DNA of 13,121 bases from positions 1-13,121 of the forward strand of contig JABCSY010000109.1 in the NCBI GenBank assembly GCA_018238625.1, given 5' to 3'. This document shows positions 1 through 7,220 of the stretch, piece by piece (position 1 is the first letter of the stretch; every line of letters begins with the position of its first letter). The DNA comes from Promethearchaeota archaeon (GTDB taxonomy: Archaea > Asgardarchaeota > Lokiarchaeia > Sigyniarchaeales > SOKP01). The position numbers were made by a program, and so were the translations under genes. A model generated the notes under the pieces. It was given only the letters and a program-made list of their open reading frames with translations, was not told the DNA's origin and did no database searches.

Positions 1-1049
1 ATAATAGACAGTACAGTAAAGAATCCTAATCCAAAGATCAAGATGCTTAAAGACGAAGAGGCAGGCAAATAGGCAGAAGAATAAAACAGACTAACCAAAC
101 CTTTCGATGTAGCACTTATCAGCAGAATTATCGGTATCAAAAACATCAGCAAATATCTCATAGAACCAGCTATGTAGTTCTCTGTTTGCTTGTCATCATT
201 TAAAGCTGTTGATCTGGATATAGCTGGGAATAACGCAAATCCCAGTGCACCTAATATAATAAAAGGGACTCTGGATAACATAGAAGCGGCAGTGTAATAT
301 CCTGCCTGTACATTTTCCACCAGAATCCGCTTCACAAAGAACAGGTCATTACTTATTAAAAAAGTGAAGGAGACAGAGAAGATGATAACAGGCACCGCAA
401 AGTTTATTATTTTTTTGAGTTCAAAATCATTTTTCACGTCTCTTGCACCTTTGTTTATTTTAAAGAAATACCAGCCCAGTGCAAATCCTACCAGAGGTCC
501 TATCAAATATCCAAAGATAGCGCCATAGACTGCAAAACCAAAGAAAACCAGTGCAAATACGCCTGCTATCGTGGCAATAGAATATGAAAGCATAGCGATA
601 GCTTGTTTATCATACCATCTAAGTCCATTCAAAAAATTTGTATAAAGGGCGAAAAAAGCACCTGCGGGTATAATGAAAGCGGATACTCTAATGTAAGTGG
701 TTAAAGAAGGGTCGCCAAGCAGATCAGCGAAAATATCCGCGAAGAAGAAGTAAACTAAAAAAACGAGCAAGGAAAAGATTAACTGTAGTTTTACCGTGTT
801 GTTCTTTATCGCTCCCGCTTTGCTGTTATCCTCTGCAATATATTTAGAAGCAGCCTGGGGAATTCCTGTCCTTAGAAAATCCTGGCTTAAAGTGATGAGA
901 TAGATTACCACTCCAAATATACCGTAAGAGGCAGGTCCTAATAACCTTCCTAAACCTGCATGTATTATATATCCACTTGCTAAGAACACAATCTGCACTA
1001 CTATCAGGTAGAGTGTGCCTTTTCCAACCCCTAATGGCGATGTATTCAT
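1..1049 (-). CDS. Wzx/MOP-superfamily oligosaccharide flippase, 3' part runs off the left edge (not in the ORF track)
   Basis: Manual translation from ATG at 1049 is open to the edge (349 codons): MNTSPLGVGKGTLYLIVVQIVFLASGYIIHAGLGRLLGPASYGIFGVV...GIPQAASKYIAE...FLNGLRWYDKQA...KKIINFAVPVIIF...DLFFVKRIL...AGYYTAASMLSRVP...ALFPAIS. It has many hydrophobic helices and the 'RLLGP..YG', 'GYY.AA' and 'LFPAIS' patterns typical of Wzx/RfbX flippases. Confidence 0.93.
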   Translation of the reverse strand, partial: MNTSPLGVGKGTLYLIVVQIVFLASGYIIHAGLGRLLGPASYGIFGVVIYLITLSQDFLRTGIPQAASKYIAEDNSKAGAIKNNTVKLQLIFSLLVFLVYFFFADIFADLLGDPSLTTYIRVSAFIIPAGAFFALYTNFLNGLRWYDKQAIAMLSYSIATIAGVFALVFFGFAVYGAIFGYLIGPLVGFALGWYFFKINKGARDVKNDFELKKIINFAVPVIIFSVSFTFLISNDLFFVKRILVENVQAGYYTAASMLSRVPFIILGALGFALFPAISRSTALNDDKQTENYIAGSMRYLLMFLIPIILLISATSKGLVSLFYSSAYLPASSSLSILIFGLGFFTVLSI

Positions 1050-1052
1050 GTG

Positions 1053-1058
1053 ACCCCC
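1053..1058 (-). promoter_or_regulatory. Shine-Dalgarno-like site of the left flippase
   Basis: Minus strand reads TAGGGGGTCAC-ATG; GGGGGT resembles the archaeal GGAGGT consensus, though the spacing is short. Confidence 0.5.
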
Positions 1059-1113
1059 TAGTTAGCTCAACATTAAGACTTTGCAAAGCTTATTACCTTT
1101 ATTTATACAGTAA

Positions 1114-1121
1114 TTTATAAA
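1114..1121 (-). promoter_or_regulatory. Candidate archaeal TATA box for the left flippase
   Basis: TTTATAAA (palindromic) about 65 bp upstream of the ATG at 1049; motif match only. Confidence 0.35.
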
Positions 1122-1187
1122 GGCAAGAATAGTGTAAAGTATAGAAAAAAAGGTAGAAGATTGAAATGCCATTAGATTGGGTGTTTA

Positions 1188-1437
1188 AAATGGATAAGGG
1201 AGAGATTGAAAAGATAAGGACTACAAATGGGCTTATTCCAAGTCCACAGGCTATTATTATATCGGTATGAAAATTGTAGCCTTAGAGTACCCATACGTGA
1301 AGCTGTTTGTTGACTCTTTTCTTCCCTGGTGGTCATCAAAAATCTTTGATAAAATCGTGGCTGAGCTAATGATGCGTAGAATATTAAGAAGGAGCGACTT
1401 TTTCGTGGGAGTTAACAGAAATACTGGTGTGACTTGA
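1188..1437 (+). pseudogene. Decayed internal fragment of an archaeal DDE transposase (ISM1/IS5-like)
   Basis: 1213-1437 reads DKDYKWAYSKSTGYYYIGMKIVALEYPYVKL...SKIFDKIVAELMMRRILRRSD. Adjacent frames supply KWIRERLK upstream and LTLFFPGG in the middle. This matches my recollection of methanogen transposases (…KDYKWxYSxSKGYYIGxK…HxGxPxDSKIFxEILxELKRRRI…GD). There is no proper start, there are frameshifts, and similarity is lost before the expected 'DKGY' catalytic motif. Confidence 0.7.
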
Positions 1438-1494
1438 AATTCTTGAATACTGTTTCTCTCAGGGCGTTTTATGCAAAAATGGCAAGTTATAATG

Positions 1495-1546
1495 AGGTTG
1501 GGTCATGGAATTCCGCAGTCAGTTAGCCGCAGCCTGACCCCTATCT
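1495..1546. repeat. GC-rich imperfect inverted repeat with an internal CCGCAG direct repeat
   Basis: GGGTCA(T)GG (1500-1508) pairs with CCTGACCC (1533-1540) and extends imperfectly via AGGT/ATCT. The loop contains CCGCAG at 1513-1518 and 1527-1532. Confidence 0.5.
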
Positions 1547-1782
1547 GCTCCAGGACTACGATTTTATCGGGCATCAATAGCGTGAGCTACATGTTTCTAG
1601 AACGGTTTCTACGCTTTAATGTAAATAACTACTATTTATTCACGTCATAGGACAAAAACATTGTGATGCTAATGATCTTTTTATATAATAAGTGATACAA
1701 TTGGAAGAATTCATGGGTTTTGGGGAGGTCTGAAAGGTGATAGGAATTGAGAAATATGAAATCGAAAAATCATTTGCGATTC

Positions 1783-2025
1783 TTATTTAATAACTATCTT
1801 ACTGATAAAACTTGGAAGCATTCTAGAAATAAATTCTTTATCCTCTTCATTTATCTCTTTCAAAGCCAGCAAAATTAGAAAATATACACCGAACATCACA
1901 ATAGCATAAGGAATGAAAAGCAACCCAGAGACAATAAAAAATTGAGGTATAATAAACAAGACTAAAGAACCCACCAAAATTTTTGAAAATGATTTTCCAC
2001 ACATCAACATCCCAAATTTCTTTAA
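1783..2025 (-). pseudogene. C-terminal ~80 aa fragment of a Wzx-type flippase
   Basis: Frame is open from 2025: LKKFGMLMCGKSFSKILVGSLVLFIIPQFFIVSGLLFIPYAIVMFGVYFLILLALKEINEEDKEFISRMLPSFISKIVIK*. Two TM helices plus a 'Y..IL..LKEI.EED' tail are typical of archaeal flippase C-termini. An in-frame TAA lies at 2026-2028 and the N-terminal ~400 aa are absent. Confidence 0.75.
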
Positions 2026-2698
2026 TTAAGTTTAGTAAACTATATTTTGAGATTTTATGATTAGGGACTATGTGATATAAAGAACTTAAATCATCCATAA
2101 TTGCGTGATCTATTGCTTTAGCTAATTCGAGTGTTGTGATACCCGTCCAATTTACATTCTTATATCCATATACCGGTTCTGTTTGATTCATAAACCAATT
2201 AAAAAGTCCAACTCCATTTTTCTCTAACTCGGGACCTATAATTGATGTTCTAAATGTCAAATCTTTTTTATTTATAACTTCTCCAAGAGCTTTAGAACGG
2301 GCATAATAGTCATTTCCATCAGTAAAATCATTCTCAGAATAATTTCCTTTTTTTCCAGAAAAAACACAATCAGTGCTTAAATGAATTAGTTTAAATTGTA
2401 ATTCATCACCTAACTTTTTAAGATAATGAGGGAAATAGCTATTAATATAAATGGCATTTTCAGGATAAAAGGTTGATTCTTTTACCAAAATTCCAATACA
2501 GTTTACTACAATATCAGGTTCTACTTGCCTTAAAGTTTTTTTAACTAAATTACGATTAAACACATCTATAATAATTGTTTTCTCATTTAATTTGGATCTC
2601 GAACTATTGATAATGGTATAATTTTTTAATGTTTCAAGATATCGAGTTATAACATGACCGGCCATTCCCGTTGAGCCAAAGATAAACACTTTTTTAAT
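1847..2698 (-). CDS. RmlD-like NDP-4-keto-6-deoxysugar reductase (QnlA/WbvR-like), C-terminally truncated/chimeric
   Basis: Motifs GSTGMAG, VVNCIG, IHLSTDCVFSG, YARSK and RTSIIGPEL. Family-like sequence ends at ...LIKEIWDVDV (~2000), and the last 50 aa are the off-frame reading of the flippase fragment. Start is GTG 2689 or ATT 2698. Confidence 0.85.
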   Translation of the reverse strand: MKKVFIFGSTGMAGHVITRYLETLKNYTIINSSRSKLNEKTIIIDVFNRNLVKKTLRQVEPDIVVNCIGILVKESTFYPENAIYINSYFPHYLKKLGDELQFKLIHLSTDCVFSGKKGNYSENDFTDGNDYYARSKALGEVINKKDLTFRTSIIGPELEKNGVGLFNWFMNQTEPVYGYKNVNWTGITTLELAKAIDHAIMDDLSSLYHIVPNHKISKYSLLNLIKEIWDVDVWKIIFKNFGGFFSLVYYTSIFYCLWVAFHSLCYCDVRCIFSNFAGFERDK

Positions 2699-3686
2699 CT
2701 ATAAATCCACCTTTTCTCAAGAGCTCTTCTAATTTATTAATATCCATTAAACTAATCTTTGAATTAAATTCCTCAAATTTAACTTTTTTCAGATTGAGTG
2801 TTTCATAATACTCCTTCAGTCCTTCGATAGAAAGGATTGGGAATATTATATAATAAAGATTATCATACTGATAGGTATTGTCTACTTCATGTTTTGAAAC
2901 TAAAACTTCATCAATTTTCTCACCAGGACGTATACCTGTTTCAATGATTTTAGTTTTATCGTTTCCATATACTTTTATAAGGGCTGATGCTAAATCTTTA
3001 ATATAAAATGAGGGCATATGTACGACAAAGGTTTCGCCACCAAAACTAACTTCAATAGCCTTAAAGAGTAGAGTTATAGAATCTTTTAATGTTAAAAAAA
3101 AACGGGTCATGTTAAGATCTGTTATAGTTATCTGGTTGTTTTTCTTAATCATATTAATAAAAAAGGGTACTACACTTCCGTTAGTACCTAATACATTACC
3201 AGCACGGATACAAGTGAATCTTGTATGGTTTGAAAGCTTGTTGGCGTGGATTATGAGTTTTTCTCCTAAAGCTTTTGTCATTCCATAGGCATTAATAGGT
3301 ACAACTGCTTTATCTGTTGAGACATCAATTACTTTTAAGACTCTGTTATTTATTGCAGCTTTAATTATATTTTCTGTTCCAACTACATTCGTTTTTATAG
3401 CTTCATATGGTTGTTCTTCACATATTGGTACATGTTTTAAGGCTGCTAAATGAAATATAATATCTATGCCCTTACATGCTAAGTTGATTGCATTGAAATC
3501 GCGTACATCTCCAATAAAAAAGCTTATTCTACTATCGTCAAATTTTCTTTTCATAGAAACTTGAGCAAACTCTCCTCTTGAAAATATTCTTATTTCTTCG
3601 GGATTTTTCTCTAGTAATTGGGATGTTAACTCGTTTCCCCAAGAACCTGTCCCACCGGTTATTAGAATTTTTTTACCTGAAAACAT
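2694..3686 (-). CDS. UDP-GlcNAc 4,6-dehydratase (5-inverting), PseB/FnlA/CapE family SDR
   Basis: Motifs ITGGTGSWG, IGDVRD, FHLAALKHVPICE..P.EAIKTNVVG, STDKAV.PINAYGMTKA, GNVLGTNGSVVP and GIRPGEK; 330 aa. Confidence 0.92.
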   Translation of the reverse strand: MFSGKKILITGGTGSWGNELTSQLLEKNPEEIRIFSRGEFAQVSMKRKFDDSRISFFIGDVRDFNAINLACKGIDIIFHLAALKHVPICEEQPYEAIKTNVVGTENIIKAAINNRVLKVIDVSTDKAVVPINAYGMTKALGEKLIIHANKLSNHTRFTCIRAGNVLGTNGSVVPFFINMIKKNNQITITDLNMTRFFLTLKDSITLLFKAIEVSFGGETFVVHMPSFYIKDLASALIKVYGNDKTKIIETGIRPGEKIDEVLVSKHEVDNTYQYDNLYYIIFPILSIEGLKEYYETLNLKKVKFEEFNSKISLMDINKLEELLRKGGFID

Positions 3687-4781
3687 TTAATATTCACCAT
3701 TTAGAAATTTAATAATTTTATTTGAAACATTTTCATCAATATACCCCTCGGGATATTCCCATTTATTATCTGAATCGAGCATTATCTGTGTACAATTCAA
3801 AATACTACTCTTGTTTATTCCCGACACGATATTACTACCACACCAAACTGTTTCTGGACGTTCAGTTGTATCTCTTATGGTAACTGTAGGAACATTGAAA
3901 ATACAACATTCTTCTTGAACAGTACCGCTATCTGTTAATACTAATCTCGCATTTTTTTCTAATTTTACGAAATCAAAGAATCCGAAAGGTTCTAAAAGCT
4001 TTACACTGCTATTTTGTATTTTAATGTTGAAAGTACTTAATTTTTCTTTGGTTCTTGGATGAATGCTGCAAATAATGGGTGAATTATATTTTTCTGCTAT
4101 CAATTCAAGACTGGCAAAGATTTCTTTTAGTCTTTCTTTATTATCAACATTTTCTGCTCGATGAGTAGTTACTAAAAAGTACTCTTTTGAAATCAATTTC
4201 AAATCGGATAGTATTTTGCTATTTTCAATATTTTTCATATAATTCATTAAAACTTCATAAATTGGATTCCCTGAAGTGAATATTCGTTCTTTGGGAATCC
4301 CTTCATCTAATAGATTTTCACGACTATATGGTGTATATGGAATAGCAAATGATGAAATTGAATCTACAATTTTTCTGTTTTTTTCCTCTGGAACCTTTAA
4401 ATCATTACATCTATTACCTGCTTCCATATGGTAAACAGGGATCATCATCCTTTCAGCGACAATTGCACATAATGCACTATTCGTATCCCCCAGTACTAAA
4501 ACGCAGTCAGGTTTTATTTCTTTTAAAATTTTTTCAATTCCTTTGAACATAATTGAAATTTGTTCTCCAAATGATCTCTTATTAGCACCCAAATAATAAT
4601 CTGGTTTTCTCAGCTTTAATTCTTCAAAGAAGATGTCATTCAACCTTGGGTCAGTATTTTGCCCTGTATGTACAAGAATATGGTCATGAAATTTATCAAT
4701 TTTTTGAAGTATTAAACTCAATCTTATAATTTCTGGACGCGTTCCTAATATAGTAAGGATTTTTTTAAGGGTAGTCATCAA
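3687..4781 (-). CDS. wecB: Non-hydrolysing UDP-N-acetylhexosamine 2-epimerase, FnlC/CapG/QnlB subtype
   Basis: Motifs GTRPEIIRLS, VHTGQN, LGDTNS, HMEAGNRC..VPEEKNR, THRAENVD, TDSGTVQEE and TERPE. Start is TTG 4781 or ATG 4778. Its stop abuts the next start (TAAATG). Confidence 0.93.
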   Translation of the reverse strand: MMTTLKKILTILGTRPEIIRLSLILQKIDKFHDHILVHTGQNTDPRLNDIFFEELKLRKPDYYLGANKRSFGEQISIMFKGIEKILKEIKPDCVLVLGDTNSALCAIVAERMMIPVYHMEAGNRCNDLKVPEEKNRKIVDSISSFAIPYTPYSRENLLDEGIPKERIFTSGNPIYEVLMNYMKNIENSKILSDLKLISKEYFLVTTHRAENVDNKERLKEIFASLELIAEKYNSPIICSIHPRTKEKLSTFNIKIQNSSVKLLEPFGFFDFVKLEKNARLVLTDSGTVQEECCIFNVPTVTIRDTTERPETVWCGSNIVSGINKSSILNCTQIMLDSDNKWEYPEGYIDENVSNKIIKFLNGEY

Positions 4782-4803
4782 AGTATTTAGTTTAAGTTTT
4801 TTT

Positions 4804-4822
4804 CTTATAAAAATTATATATT
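4804..4822 (-). promoter_or_regulatory. Candidate BRE/TATA promoter for the epimerase-dehydratase-reductase operon
   Basis: Minus strand AAAAATATATAATTTTTATAAG; TTTATAAG ends 23-26 bp before the TTG/ATG starts, and there is no SD. Confidence 0.4.
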
Positions 4823-4873
4823 TTTACTAATAGAAAATGTTTATCACTTTTCTTAATCCATAAATTCACAAAG

Positions 4874-6001
4874 TTATAAAGTCTTGTATAGATTAATGAT
4901 TTTTTCCGCATTGTTAATCTTATACTCAACTTTACTCTTTGTTTTTCCTTGTTTACTTAGCTTTTCTTCAACAAGAGTAAATACTTTTTTTTCAAAATCA
5001 TTTTGATTTCGATTTTCAAATAAGATACATCCTTCAGGCCTGGATACGGCGTCACTTGTTATTACATTCGTATTGAAATGCAAGGCTTCTCGGATCGATA
5101 CGGAATCTCCATCAGTACACGTTGGTCTTATCATAATATCTGCTTTTTCAATTAAAGGGTAGATTTCTTCAATATCTTCCTCTATAATTAGAATATTATC
5201 TAAACCCTTCTTATTTATCTCACTCTTCAATTTTTCTAAATAATTATCTGACACATTCAATAATTTAAGAGTTAATCCTATTTTGAGCTTATCGTATCTT
5301 GTTTTTATTTGATGCATAAGTTTAAGCATCATATCTATGCCATATAAATCTATACCATCAATATTGGCGTTCCAACCCATTCCATACAGGCATAATTCGT
5401 TCTGATTATAAAATTCTTGTATGTAATCAGGAATTTTTACATAATCCTCCTCTCTTATTATGGAGGGAATGAATTCACTAATCAAAGATATTTTGCTAGT
5501 ACTGTATCCTAATGTCTTTAAATTTCTAATTTGATAATTATTGTCGCATATAATATGGTTATAATTCTTAATAAATAACCAAATGAACTTTTGGGATAAA
5601 GGTAAATTCTTTACTGATTTTTTACTGAAAATATTGTGTTTAAACCCTGCTCCATGTACAGATAATATCGATTTTGATCGCATAAGTTTTGCAAATAGAA
5701 GAGTAGTTACACGCAATGCCCAGCTTGCTGAACCCGAGTAATGTAGAATATCCGGTCTAAAGTGAATGAGGGGTTTTATTAACCATAAAGGACGCAGAAG
5801 AAAGTTAAATTTTAAACGACTGGATGACATTCTTCTTACGAAGCTATAATCATCTACTTGCTCCTTTTGGATGCTTGTGTTATAGATATTTATCTTCAAT
5901 GTGTCATAATGCAATTGAAGATAATATAAAGTAAAATTTCTGATATGAACAGAGATTCCTCCATAAGGTTTTGGATATGGTCCAATTATAGCGATTTTCA
6001 T
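4874..6001 (-). CDS. GT4-family (GT-B) glycosyltransferase
   Basis: N-terminal MKIAIIGPYPKPYGGISVH, LSVHG, and C-terminal ADIMIRPTCTDGDSVSIREAL..VITSD (D-x7-E variant of E-x7-E); 375 aa. Confidence 0.88.
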   Translation of the reverse strand: MKIAIIGPYPKPYGGISVHIRNFTLYYLQLHYDTLKINIYNTSIQKEQVDDYSFVRRMSSSRLKFNFLLRPLWLIKPLIHFRPDILHYSGSASWALRVTTLLFAKLMRSKSILSVHGAGFKHNIFSKKSVKNLPLSQKFIWLFIKNYNHIICDNNYQIRNLKTLGYSTSKISLISEFIPSIIREEDYVKIPDYIQEFYNQNELCLYGMGWNANIDGIDLYGIDMMLKLMHQIKTRYDKLKIGLTLKLLNVSDNYLEKLKSEINKKGLDNILIIEEDIEEIYPLIEKADIMIRPTCTDGDSVSIREALHFNTNVITSDAVSRPEGCILFENRNQNDFEKKVFTLVEEKLSKQGKTKSKVEYKINNAEKIINLYKTL

Positions 6002-6195
6002 AATCTTGACAAAAAGTCGTTGGAATGTAATAACTATATTAATCTTCTTTAATTTATTCTTTGTTATTGGTTAATCTGTTGATCTTAATGACAATCTTTA
6101 GTGTTAAATTCAAGTCTTTCTCATTTCATGAATAAACTTTAATTGTTAATATATCTATTTTAATTAAGATTAGAATTTTTCAACATAATAATTTT

Positions 6196-7197
6196 GTGAA
6201 AATGAATTTAGAAAATAAAAAAGTATTAATCACTGGTTCAGATGGGTTTATTGGGAGCCATTTAGTTGAAAGGTTTTTGAAAGAAAAATGTAGCGTTCGA
6301 GCATTTGTATTTTATAACTCTTTTAATAGTTGGGGGTGGTTGGATACGCTTCCAACAGAGATTTTGAATCAAGTTGAAATATTTGCGGGAGATATAAGAG
6401 ATCCATTTACCGTAAGAAAAGCTGTTAAGGATGTTGACATAATATGTCATTTGGCAGCTTTGATTGGAATTCCATATTCCTATATTGCTCCAGATAGTTA
6501 TATTGATACTAATGTAAAAGGAACTCTGAACGTGGTACAAGCGGCTAAAAGTTCCAATTTAGAAAAAGTTATTGTAACTTCCACTTCTGAAACATATGGA
6601 TCGGCTATTTATGTTCCTATTGATGAAAAACACCCATATCAACCTCAATCACCTTATTCCGCATCTAAGATTTCTGCAGACCATATAGCTATGAGTTATT
6701 ATCATAGTTTCAATTTACCAGTATCGATTATTCGACCCTTTAATACATATGGTCCAAGACAATCTACAAGAGCAATTATTCCTACTATTATTACTCAAAT
6801 CCTTAAAGGAAAAGAAGTTATTGAATTGGGTAGCCTCTTCCCTACAAGAGATTTAACTTATGTGTTAGATCTTTGTGATGCATACGTTAAAATGTGTAAA
6901 AAAGACAATATTGAGGGTGAAATAATTAACGTAGGAAGTTCAGATGAAATTTCAATCAAGGATTTAGCAAATTTGATAAAAGAACTTATGGATGCTGATA
7001 TAGATATAATCTCAACGGATAATCGAAAGAGACCCAAAAAAAGCGAAGTTAGTAGGTTATTTGCGGATTCAAGTAAAGCTAGAGAATTAATTGATTGGAA
7101 ACCCAAAAAAACATTAAGAGAGGGTTTAAAATTAACTATTGAATGGTTTAGCAAAGAAGAAAACCTTAAGAGATATAAATCAATGTACACAGTTTAA
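6196..7197 (+). CDS. legB: LegB-type NAD-dependent NDP-sugar 4,6-dehydratase
   Basis: Motifs TGSDGFIGSHL, the distinctive YNSFNSWGWLD, GDIRDP, HLAALIGIPYSY.AP.SYIDTNV, TSTSETYG, QSPYSASK and RPFNTYGPRQS.RA.IPTII. Start is GTG 6196 or ATG 6202. Confidence 0.88.
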   Translation: MKMNLENKKVLITGSDGFIGSHLVERFLKEKCSVRAFVFYNSFNSWGWLDTLPTEILNQVEIFAGDIRDPFTVRKAVKDVDIICHLAALIGIPYSYIAPDSYIDTNVKGTLNVVQAAKSSNLEKVIVTSTSETYGSAIYVPIDEKHPYQPQSPYSASKISADHIAMSYYHSFNLPVSIIRPFNTYGPRQSTRAIIPTIITQILKGKEVIELGSLFPTRDLTYVLDLCDAYVKMCKKDNIEGEIINVGSSDEISIKDLANLIKELMDADIDIISTDNRKRPKKSEVSRLFADSSKARELIDWKPKKTLREGLKLTIEWFSKEENLKRYKSMYTV

Positions 7198-7220
7198 AAA
7201 TAGAGAGATTCACGAGAGAT

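Noticed and set aside
844-1086. 80-aa minus-strand ORF in the track
   Set aside because: Alternative frame over the real flippase start (ATG 1049); no recognisable motifs.
1522-1531. GTTAGCCGCA as an integron attC R' end
   Set aside because: No complementary R'' or L boxes at a suitable distance upstream, and no cassette array or integrase.
1500-1545. Loose resemblance to a fluoride (crcB) riboswitch (GGTCATGGAATTC...GCCGC...TGACCCCTA)
   Set aside because: The P1 and pseudoknot pairings do not form (GGAATT versus GACCCC), and no suitable downstream gene exists.
1471-1650. 59-codon plus-strand ORF (MQKWQVIMRLGHG...)
   Set aside because: No SD, no recognisable family, atypical composition.
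6196-7197. Complete legionaminic or pseudaminic acid pathway
   Set aside because: No aminotransferase, acetyltransferase, hydrolysing epimerase, NeuB synthase or CMP-transferase in the window.
7203-7220. GAGAGAT direct repeat before the Rmd-like start
   Set aside because: Only two 7-mers; plausibly chance or a weak RBS.
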